Below, one piece after another: positions 27,801-39,800 of a stretch of 64,000 nt of DNA. Positions within the stretch are counted from its first letter, which is position 1. Every line of letters begins with the position of its first letter. The stretch comes from Antedon mediterranea (Eukaryota > Animalia > Echinodermata). The notes beneath the pieces were generated by a model. That model saw only the letters and a program-made list of their open reading frames with translations. It was not told the origin of the DNA and searched no databases. Both the position numbers and the translations under genes were made by a program. The stretch lies in the NCBI RefSeq assembly GCF_964355755.1, contig NC_092679.1:13685432-13749431 (forward strand), given 5' to 3'.

Positions 27801-30800
27801 GGCTTCTGTGACTGCTGGAAATGAGTTCCACGTCTCCCATGCGGAGTGTTTTGCTTTTCCGAAGAACTGGGATGTAGTATCGGACCCAGTAAATGCATGA
27901 AAAACTGACAGCCCTCTTGACTTATCCTCTCCTGGGTTATGGCAGATGGTATATATATTAAAATAATTGGAAGTGCTTACACCCATGTCAAATGCGACCC
28001 ATATACACGTACCAGGATAACAGGCTATTAGATTGCAGAAAATACCAACCAGGATAACAATGACATCAGTATCAACTGTACGCACCAAAATAACCATGCT
28101 ACCTTTCTTTAAGGCATCATCAATGTGAATGCACATCCTGGAGTCGGCCTCTTCTTGGTCGCAGATTGACATAGGTTGAGTAGATGTCAACATACAATAG
28201 ACTCGCATACAGGACATATATCAAGAATTACTTACTAATTTAATATGCCTTTTTAATTAATTATTGGTATGAAACTGTATAAGTAAATTAATCGTTTGGT
28301 TACAAACAAAATAAATTAGTATGTATCATAATAAAACTTACCTGATGTAATGTAAACTTCTTTGCAGTCAGAGTAATCATGGGTAGACAGACACCTTTGT
28401 AATTAAAAAGTTAAATAACTCCTCTTAATTTACTGGATCTTTCAGAAAGTCTGGAAAATTCCCTGGAATCTTTGTTTGTCCCCCAACTTTCCTCCTGACC
28501 CCTTTTCCTCTTTTTCTCCTGTAGACTACTTAAGACTATCTGTTCTGTAAGTGTCCCGCACTATATCAATTCTGTTACTATTCTGCAGCTGCTGTCTGGT
28601 CCACGGTAGAAGACCTGTCATACAAATGATACAAGAATAACGATCCGCATATAGAAGTGACCAATTATGTGGTGGTTAAACAATAGATACAATCCTGAAT
28701 GCAAAGAAATGTACTCACCTTATCACCGTAGTCATCAAATGTAAATGCATGGTTGCTGGAAAGAGCATGGACAATAGCAGCTCCGTCAAACACCTTTACG
28801 TCAAAATATGTAGGAGGTTCAGGCTGGCCTTCAGTCTCCAAATGCTGTAGCAACTCAGACTTCTTAGTTGGTAGTCGAAGCTTTCCATTTACAGCCAAAG
28901 AGGGTGGCCATGGCTGGTTTTCATGCATGGAGAAGTCTTCCAAATCTCCATCACGAGATTGACTTGCATGATACAGTCGACTGAATAGGCTGGAGTCACT
29001 TTTTAAACTCTTAACTTGTTGCTTTGTTTTGGACACTGATTTTGACCATGGTGTGTTTAACAACGGCAGCTTATTCTGTTTGATGGCTTGTTGAATTGTA
29101 ACACTTCTGTCGAGAATAACTTCCTTGAAATATGTTTGGTACTGGGTAGTACCTACATCCTGAATTGTACGAACTGTCACTACTGCACTTTCATTGGCAC
29201 AATCTCAAGCATCCAAGACCAGAAGTTCTGAACAATTATCGAGGAATGGGTTGCCTGCATTGCTCAGGGAACTGCAAGTGCCGTTCAGCAGGTCTTTCTT
29301 GCACTGGTCTTTGTTGCCCATGCCGTGGAACTTGTTCGTCATCTAGCAACTCTGTACCATTATAAGTGTTTGTTTCCAGATAAATAATTTCATAAAAGTA
29401 AAGTTGATAATCACCTCCATGTATTGTTATGGATGCTAACGCCATAATTGTCAGTCAAATGGTCTTTTGTCTGTTTACTTTAGTCCAGTATTATTGAGCC
29501 AAGTTTGATACAGTACAGTATATGTTTTATATACTTTTTTTCAGTGGTTCCTAATATTGTGTTAAAGGAAAGTAACTGATACTGATACAGGATAAATATA
29601 TATTAGTAGTTCTATTACAAAAATGAATGTTGTTGTTCTTATAACTACAATGTTCATAACATAGCCCAATATTGGCGCGTTTTGATTGAAATCCCCTTCA
29701 ATATGACAGAAAATTACATTATTTGACCTATATATTCCGTCTGAAGAGAAATCATATATTTGTTATGTGTGTATTGCAATTTACATGTCATGAGCTTTAA
29801 TTTGATACCAAACTTGGTATGTATATACGAAGATTTAAGTTTTCACCTAATTACGTAATACTAAAAAAAGGGCGTGGTCCAAATGACGTCGTTAAATTGT
29901 TCCGATTTTTGGGCACCCCTTCTAAGATTGTTAGATATACCCTAAAGAAGGTTTGTGCATAATTTGGTGCTTTTGTCACAAAATGCACAATCTTCATAAA
30001 AACTGGAAGTTAGCTATAAGAAGAATTTAAGGTTATTTGGTAAAAAAAATAGGCCGTTGGTGGTATGCCCATCTATGGGGATGTTTGCTTCTTTTGTACA
30101 TAATACTTACAGCAGCCATATGTCGCCGCCTTGAAATGCTTTTGATGGGATACTTCGTAGTTTGTTATTAGCAAGATATCTATGGTATGGTATTGAGAAA
30201 AATAACAGATTAGTCTTAAATATGACCCGAAGTTACTTTATAGATGCAACCTTCAATCACCACAAAAAAAACTGGATAATACCAATGAGCACCATATTAC
30301 AAAAATTATAGATATCATCGAGTTAAATTAAAAAGATATTGACATTATAATAATTTAACATCTATCCGGGGGTTGTTTTATAGCATTTTTAAATATGACC
30401 CGAAGTTACTTTAGAGATGCAACCTTCAATCACCACAAAAAACTGGATAATACCAATGAGCACCATATTACAAAAATTATAGATATCATCGAGTTAAAAT
30501 AAAAACATATTGACATTATAATAATTTAACATCTATCCGGAGGTTGTTTTATAGCATTTTTAATGAATTGTTTTCAATTATATTAATTATGATATAAAAA
30601 TAAATTAAACATTTGCTTATAATTTAGTAATGTAGTATATAAAAGCCCATATTAAAATTAATTTAAACAAAACATGTGAATTGATAGTTGATTTTAGGAC
30701 AAAAAATTGGTCGGTTCATGAGCCCCTAAATATAGGAAATGAGTTAATTAAAGTTGTCCCAGCGTATAAATATCTAGGAACTATAATAGACAAAAAGCTG

Positions 30801-33800
30801 GACTGGTTTAATAACATTAAAAAACTCTATAAAAAAGGACAACAACGGCTATATCTGTTAAGAAAACTTAGGAAATGTAATGCTAGTAAACAAATTCTTA
30901 TACTGTTCTACCAGTCAACCATACTTTTTGTAGAATTATCTGGGAGGCTTGTTTATATGAAAAAGATAAGGAACTATTAAATAAAATTACCAGAAGGGCT
31001 GGGCGGGTTATTGGAGTTGATGTATCTGTTCTTAGTTTCAACTACGATGCAGGTGTTCTATCCTTGGTAAAACGTATACTCTCCCAAACAGACCACCCGC
31101 TCCATAAGGAATACATTTTTCTTCCATCAAATATTCGTATCCGTCTGCCTCGAGCCGTACTAAACGCTACAATAAATCATTTGTCCCACAGTCTATTGTC
31201 ACCTATAACAAACTTGTCCAGCGCTAACTCATGGAGAGAACACCTGGATCGTAGACTTTTTGATATTTTATTAGTGATTTTCTATATTGACTGTTTTCTG
31301 CATGTACGTATATTGTTATTATCTCTGCAGTGTATATAAGAGGAATTTCTAATGTATTTTTATATTGGACCAAATAAAGAATATATATATATATATAATA
31401 TATTTTACCATTTTTTATATTTTGTGGCCAGTAAAAATCGTACCGTAATTTATATAATATAGATCTGTGCCTTAAATATATATATATATATGTCACATAC
31501 ATTTACAGATTTAGTAAATCAGGTGTAAATTCTAGAATTTTACTCAATAGTAAGCTGGTGGTAAATACTTTCGGTAAAGTTTTTTTCACATAATGAAAAA
31601 ATACTACATGAATGAACATTAGTTACTGATGATTAAAACGAATTTATTTTGTTCATTTGGCACAAATATTTGTCGATACTGAAATATATCCACACACAAC
31701 AATGCAACGATGCTTCGTTACGAGCTATCTCCGTTTACCATTAGAATTCGCTGGAATTCGGCACCGCAACCGCAATAACACTGTAATGGTAACTGGCAAA
31801 CAAAGTTTTATATTTTTAAAATGTAATTTTACTATGTGGAATATACATTGTTCAATTGATTAATGATAGTGAATTGATAAAAGTCCTCTTCCATCCATTT
31901 ATCCGTTACGCTATTCGTCTTGGGTAGACATTGCGTATGCTAATCGTTTCCATGATAATAATCTAAAATAAATAAGTGCATCAACCTAGCAACGTGACCG
32001 ATAAATACAAATAGCCAATAAATAGAAAAAGGTAAGTAGTACAAGGCTATGTATCTTTGTTACGGAATAAGAGCTAGACTTTCGATCGCCCTCTAGTGAG
32101 ATTGTATAAACAGAAAACAGTTATATTTATTACTCACATGCTACTTCCTGTTGAGAGTTTGTAAGTTCCAGTAGATAGTTCTACGACAGATGGTGAAATA
32201 TAGCTAAAAAGAATAAAACACAAATCACATCATTAATATTTATTCTAAATTTAAATTGGCCATATCAAAGTAATATTAAAGTTATTCACTTTAAGTAAAA
32301 AATTCGAGGCAAAAACAACAAGTTTACGTAATTAACAGGTAAATTAATTTGGTTACATTTCGCCTGGAAAATCTTTACGAGCGAAAGTTAACAAAGATTT
32401 CAAACCACGAGTATACATTATGCATGATGCTAATTAGGATTGTTTACAACTCATCGCGGTTGAGAAGGAGTTTTCACACAGATCGCGAGGAAGTTTTATG
32501 ATTATGCATACAGAGTAGCCAAACAAACGCGTTGCATTATGAGATATGTTTTGATCGAAAACTTTGACTGGAAGTCAAAGTTATTTTTTGAACCAAAAAA
32601 CGTCCGTATTTTGGTTAAATTATTTTTTTTTCAACTCATTTTTAGTGAAAGTTAATAACTATTATGATACTTCAAAATGACGCACTTTTTTTCGAAATAC
32701 TGTATTCAAAAATTTTACTTTTTTTTATTATTCAAAGGGACAATACATCTTTAATAATAAAGTATTGTGTGTATAGTTTGGTTCCGCCGAACAACGCCGA
32801 TATAATGTACTAGATGATACGCGAGCGAACTTCATTGGTAATCGTAAAGAGAATACAAATGACGTTTAACTATATTATCACAAGTTAATTAAGTTTGTTA
32901 GTCTGTAATACTTCTGCGACTTGTTTACACTTGTGGGTTCACAGAATTTAATTTATCATAATAATCTTAAGGATATTGTTTAACAACGGCACACTTCCTT
33001 TTAGGCCTACATTTCAACAGATCCACCATTTGTAAATGCAAACGCATTTTCACCAAGCATTTGAAGTTTCGTGTTATCAATTCGCCTGAAAAAAAAAAAG
33101 ATGTACTAGTTCGTAGTTCCTTATTAAATTCAATTAAAAGGCAGTCACCATATTTTTTAGATATTTTAATACTTAATAACTGTCTATTTGGCTTGACCTC
33201 TTCTATTTCTTCTGGTCAAAATTCAATTTAAGCATTTACGTCCTCTATGGTGAATAAGTAACTAGCTTTACAAAGACAAAGCACACATGACCTACCTAAT
33301 GTTTCAAAATATGTTGGTATGGATCGATGAACCTTGACCTACTCTACCTTATAACAGTTGACCTACTTCTTTATTTCAAAATTGTAAAAGTTTAAAATTA
33401 GATTGCGCAACTTTTACCATAATATGTTTTATATCTTTGACTTTATTATTCCATATTTTGTCCCATACCATAGTCTTATTTAAAAACTCTGTTTCACATT
33501 TTACTTGGGAGACTGGCACTGTCTCTACGCCGAATAAGTAGCTAGCTTTTTTTTACACTTGATCTACTTAAGTGTAATGTTGTAACAAAAATTAAAAACT
33601 TACAAAGCTGATAATTTGCTGTTGTTTGCAAAAGTAAAAGGTTCAATGATATTTATATCATTAGATGACAGGTATCTGAAAAAAAAATCATCATTAGTTT
33701 TTAGAATAAATATCTCAAATTATAAAAGTTGTTAAATAAGAGTGTGGTAGTCGTGGTAGTGACAGGTGGTACCATAGCAGCAGCAGCAGAAACAGTACAA

Positions 33801-36800
33801 TAAAGTGACTAGAACGATCGTCAACGTGTATTTTCAGTAACTAAACATGCAGTACATTATTTTTTTTATTCATTCGTGTTGTAAAGAAAAATCACTTAGA
33901 GACGCTATAAAATAACACCTGATGATCATCTATATCAAATCAAATATTCTTTTTCATCATCATCGTTATCATCAAAATATAAAGAAAGATCAAATAAAGT
34001 AAAACATGTCTATGAAGAGATAAAACGGAAACACATCAACATTCTAAATGATCTTGATACCCCAATAACAAGAAATTATTCAAGCTGTTGCCGATTACGG
34101 TTATAGAAACTGCGCTTAATTATTATATAACTTAAATTTGTATTTAGAAATTAATAATACTTAGTAATCAAATATCGGATTTAAATTCTCCCATAAATTT
34201 GCTAGTGTAATGCTAATATATTATAAAACAAGCAATAATTTAAATGATTTTGTCATCGTTAAGTTTTGTCACTAAAATGATCGACTATTAACTGCTTTTG
34301 TTGAATATGTTTCTGAAACATGGCTAAAACTATAAAGACATTTTACTATATTCAGTCGGTGAAACAACAATGTCTTTTCAGGTTTAAGTGTATCATGCAG
34401 GAATTGCATGAACCTTTCCATTCTTTGACTATAGTGGTATAAAAGTTGCTCGGATACGTGCATTACCAAAACCGTATAATCATCAAATAAACACATGTTT
34501 CGTCATCAAGGGTGATTTCAACCGAATGAAAAATAAAGCGTTATCCTCTAAAAGCAAATAATTACTGTTTTGTAATAACTGTATATATAATTATATTATA
34601 ACAATGTAATTGGTGGTTTCATTTAGGAACAAATAAACAGAACAAAACGAATGACCAATTTGGATGCACTAAGATGTATACACTGTTGATGCATTTGTAT
34701 CTCTTACATGCAGCAGCAGCAATGGCAGCAAAAAACAACAGAAGAAACAGAAGTTGCAGCATCGGCAACAGAAGCATCGGCATCAGCAGAAAAAGTTTTG
34801 AAGGTAACAATTGAACTTACAAGTTAGTTATCACGGTGGATCCTTGAAATGTGGTATTTCTCAGTATAGTTATTTTGTTGTTCTTCAGGCTTCTATTATG
34901 AAAACAAAAATTATGCCACTACTTAGGATACTTTATTAAATGCGATTGTATAATAGTAACTTCGTTTTATCATTTTCTATGCTTTATTCATTGACTGTGA
35001 AATCTTCAGAAATACGTTTTATTGTTGTTATTGTTCTAAACCGCAGTGCCGTCCAGTTGTAATATTGTTAATAGTGAGACTTTTCCATCGGGACGGTAAA
35101 CGAAAAGAGACGGTAATTTAATTTATAGAGTCTGGTGCTAAATGCCTTCGAAACAAAAGCAACAACGGTTAGCCACCTCTAGGCTTAGGCCCCTGATCCG
35201 TATGCATGCAAGCTCGGTTGAGCAGGTTCTGCGTTAGTCAGGCTAGGTATTCAACACATAATCAAAAACCGAGTTTAAAAAAAAATAAATCTAGAAGTAT
35301 CAAAATGAATTTACATCCTACACATACTATATATACACATATGATGTTTTTGTTATGAAAATAAACAACTTGTGCCTATCATGTATACATTTGCTTTGCT
35401 TATGGTTTAACAGTTTCAGAAAGACATCAACTGTGCTGCTTCGTCTGGTTGAATTGTAAGACCGATCTTTAGATCGGCTAAATAATGAACGGAATGTATG
35501 CCACCTACTTTCGTTAATTTACCGTCTCGAAGCAAAAGCTCACTACTAAAAGTTAGTTCTACACAGGTAAAAGAAGTAACATTTTCAAATTATATTGTCA
35601 ACTTACAAAATACGAAGAAATGGAAGATCATTAAAAACTGTTGATATGTCTGTCAGCAAATTTGTGTCTGCATGTCTGAAATGTTTAGATAAATTAAAAT
35701 TATTATTTATAACTAAATATAACCAGGAAAGAGTTAAATTAATTTAACTCTTCCCTGATATAACTCAATACATTACATAGTGTATCTTTTAATGTATGCG
35801 TATCATTGCTATAGAGTTCAGCGTTGCTGACGTCACGACGGTAGATGGCGCTGCGTGGACGGTATGTACAGAGCCATATATATATAGAGTTACGACATTG
35901 AATGCAGATCAATTTGTGTCAAACTTGTCTCCGTTAATTCATGTAAAGTATAGGAGCAAGAAAATACTTTAAACATTTTCTTATATTAAAAAAAAATGTA
36001 ATTGCACATTTTACGGTGAAATATCGATGTGCACAGCGTACAGAAGTACTTGCGGCAAAGAATATTGCGCGCGCGTGCGCTAGTACATTATAAAGTTCGA
36101 TTGATTGATTTTGGAACGAAACATCCCATAACTACGTCCTATAAATAACAATTATGTAATATTTTCAATTCATAATGCATGCTTTTTGATGACTAAATAA
36201 AATAATAAAGTGTCGTGGATGTATTTGTTAATATATTGAATAGGGTATGAACAATATTAAAATAATAAAGGCAAATTATTACAAATGAAATAATGAACGA
36301 GTCTCTGAAAGTTAGTATTAAAAACACACGGAGAGCATATACTGTATAAAAAGAGGGGTGAATTTGTATTGGTTCATGCTTTGATGTATCCTGACTTGCA
36401 TGTAGGCCCTAGCATATATTATTTTGTTATTATAGACACAATATATATATGTTACCAAATTAATACCATTAATAAAATTAATTACTAAAACAAAAAATAC
36501 ATTCGAATAATTATCGATCTATAGTTTCCCCTATGCTTCATAATTTTTGGGATTTTATTTGTGTTACACGAGCTTGTTGAAAATAAGCACTTTCTTATCA
36601 GTGGGGGATAGTTGAAATTACACAGTAAAATCTCTATTCTTTTGTACACAAATTTTGTAAATAGAGAGGCATTTTAAAAAGCTACGAAAAATAAACAGTG
36701 TGGTAAAAAATTTTTTCAGATGACTAAGTATAGGTAATATAACTTGAATATTACATTTCTTGAATTTTTATTCAACTTCAAATTTTTATTTTCATGCTAT

Positions 36801-39800
36801 AGCAAAAATTATTCACCGTATATCCACCATCTTTTTTCACCTTCTAGGGAGTCACAAGACATGTTATTACATTAGGTTAACTACCTAACTACTGAAAAAA
36901 GGTCTTCCTGGTTTTTATGGAAGAATTTTGCAAAATTTTGTATTTGGCCATATTTAGAGAAATTCATGTTTTTTTCGTCTTGATTTCTGTTACAAATATT
37001 TGATTTATATTATATATTATATTTAAAATTCATTCCTGTACCTGAGCTTTAAAACTTAATCATTTTCAATAAAAACAACTAAAATTTCAAAAGATCACTA
37101 ATTATTTGTAATAATAATAATAATAATAATCTATTTATTCTTCAACTACAGTTTAAGTCTAAAAAAGTCAAGCAAGATACATAATTTGATAGAAATACAG
37201 ATATCTATAGTTTATCAACATAGTAGCGGTGAACGCATTTTTGGTTGCGCTTGCAACCACGCAGAGCCATCTATCGTTGTGACGTCACACCGCAGAACTC
37301 TATTACCTGCTTGCAAATCACACTTAATAATTTGGAATCTGGATGGATTAGAATAAACGTTCACATCCTAAAACAGAGAGTAGGCCTAATAGTAATAGGG
37401 AATATTTAACCCGAAGTGTTGCAACAAAATACGAGTATTATTTCAAAAGAAATAGAAAAGAAGGTTTTGCAGGGCTGTGGTGTAACTATTGTATTTTGAA
37501 TTAATATTGTAAAACGGACCTAACGTCAACTAATTTGATATAATATGACAGTGATAATATGATTAAACTAATTAGTAACAGTAAGAATTTAATAAACATA
37601 ACAGACTTACATATTACCAATTGTCTTCGGCAAGCTTGGTAATTTACTAAGTAAATTGTTATTAACATTTCTGTCAACAATTAAGATATAAATAAACAAA
37701 ATGTAATGAAGAATCAATGCAATGCAACATATTTATAGCAATACTTTAATTTAGTTACGTCTTGACACCTGACAAAGTTATTTTCACCAATACAATTATG
37801 TCGCCTTTTATATCCGTGAAATATAAGATGGTGATTCGCGAACATATAATCCTTCGGGAATGTAAAATCTCAAATTAGCCTAGGCCTATATTAATACTAA
37901 ATGTTAATATACATTTTATACACTTCTTTAAGTTGCATATGTTGTGTGAAGACCGGCTTACTCCGTATAGATCATACATAGCATGAGTTGTTAGTATAAG
38001 GCTAGTCTATAGCCATAGAACAAGACCATATACATGGCTGAAGTTGCGTGCTCAAGTTAGTGTTTACCGACCAACCGACCGACATAGTGAGCCAAAAGGA
38101 TGTCTTTTCTAATTGTTGTGAAATATGAGATTTTGGTATTATATTTGAAATAAATTTTATAACCTATCCATAACCAAAATCCGGATAAAAAAATTAGTTA
38201 ATGTATAAGTGAATAACTTTATCATAAGTACAAATTGGCCTATTCAAAATGTGATGACATTCATCTGCATTTTGTTCATGTTTGGAGAACAATACATGTT
38301 CAAAGTTTTGCCTTATCATTCTTAAGCCTACTTTCAACAATTTATCGAATGATATTTCATTTTAACCCAAATTAATATTATCATCTGTACTGTAGCTTGC
38401 TTGCATTTATGTAAAAGATTACTTACATGGTGCCAAGTTTATGTAGCTTTGACAAAGCATCTTCGTCGATTTCCTTCAGGTTATTATTGTTCATGTAACT
38501 ATAAAAAAAAATTGTGCTATGGTGAACAACACATTGTAAACATACTAAACAACGTAAGGAATTTGCACGTAAAATGCTAGTTTTTATTCCTTAAACACAT
38601 CATCTAGCTAGTTAATCTATATTGATCGTTCGTATTGCTAAATTCCAAAATACTGCTTTGTTCTGCATGCACACATTATTAATACTAGAGAGTGAACTCG
38701 CTTCGCTCGCTCCCTCTCTAGGACTGTAGACGATGGTTCTCGGGATGATAATGACTCGGTAAAGAGGTTTCAGAAGAACATTCTTGCCTGAACGTTTTCG
38801 GTCGGTTACCATTATTGAAATGCTTGATATTCGTAAAACTAAACCTACTCACTGTTTCACAGTGTCGTAGATGATTAATAGCGTTTTACGTATAGTGTTA
38901 ATTGTTTGGTAGGGCCCTTATAGTGTGGATGTGGGGAGGCGGAGTTAATTTGAGGGAGGTACTTATTTGAAGGATCCGTAAATTTTTTTAGTTTTAATAA
39001 TATGGTACATTTACAAATAAAATCCTCTAGTAGATATGAAAAGTGGTAAAAAAGAATTACAAGTGCTTGGTAAATTGTAGATAACAGTACGATGAAATCT
39101 ACTAAAAATAGTATAATTGTGTTATAAATATAATACAATATAATGTGTATAAATGTGGATGGGCGTTTATTAGATGGTAGTTGGGGGGTGGGGGGTGTTG
39201 CGGCGTGGTAATTATCAATTGATGTTTTATTGGGGAGGTGTTCCGGTCGTTTATTTAAATAAATACCATTCTACTTGGTATAATCAATACATTATTCCGC
39301 GATAGTGAGCCGTTTTGGCCTAAGAATGCAGACGTTTTAGACGGCTTGCAACATGGGCATAAGTATCCCAGGATCCTAACGGGACACAGATAGCGCACAG
39401 TATTTATTATTTATTGAAGTCCTGGCAGGTTACTCCAAAACTCGGCTATCGGGGTTTCATTCGATTTCAAACAAAAGCTCTTATTGTTCAAGAATAGCCT
39501 ATAACATATAACATTTGACTACGTTGGTCTAACCTCCCTCCAAACAGCAGTTCGGAAACTGCAAAGCAGCCTTCGGGTCGCCGGGCCCGAAGAGGATATG
39601 TAGGGATAATAACATATAACCGTAGCTTTAACATTGCAATGTGAAACTTACAGAATGATTGTGTCTACTGGTCATTGAAATTACAAAAAAAACTTACAGA
39701 ATTTGTGTGTTTACTGGAATTCCAACCGGCCATTCATTGAGTCCACGGTTTGCACAGTCCACGGTTATTTCTGTACATTCACAAACCGCATTCACATTAG

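Noticed and set aside
34619-34810. 63-aa hydrophobic ORF
   Set aside because: Low-complexity (gca/gaa)n intronic sequence
37307-37367. 61-nt AG...GT segment on the minus strand that looked like another exon
   Set aside because: It has a stop in the required phase-2 frame, its length is not a multiple of 3, and its donor abuts a transposon TIR
39645-39657. Duplicate donor (aaacttacagaat) 45 nt inside intron 1
   Set aside because: Using it would include an in-frame TAA at the first donor
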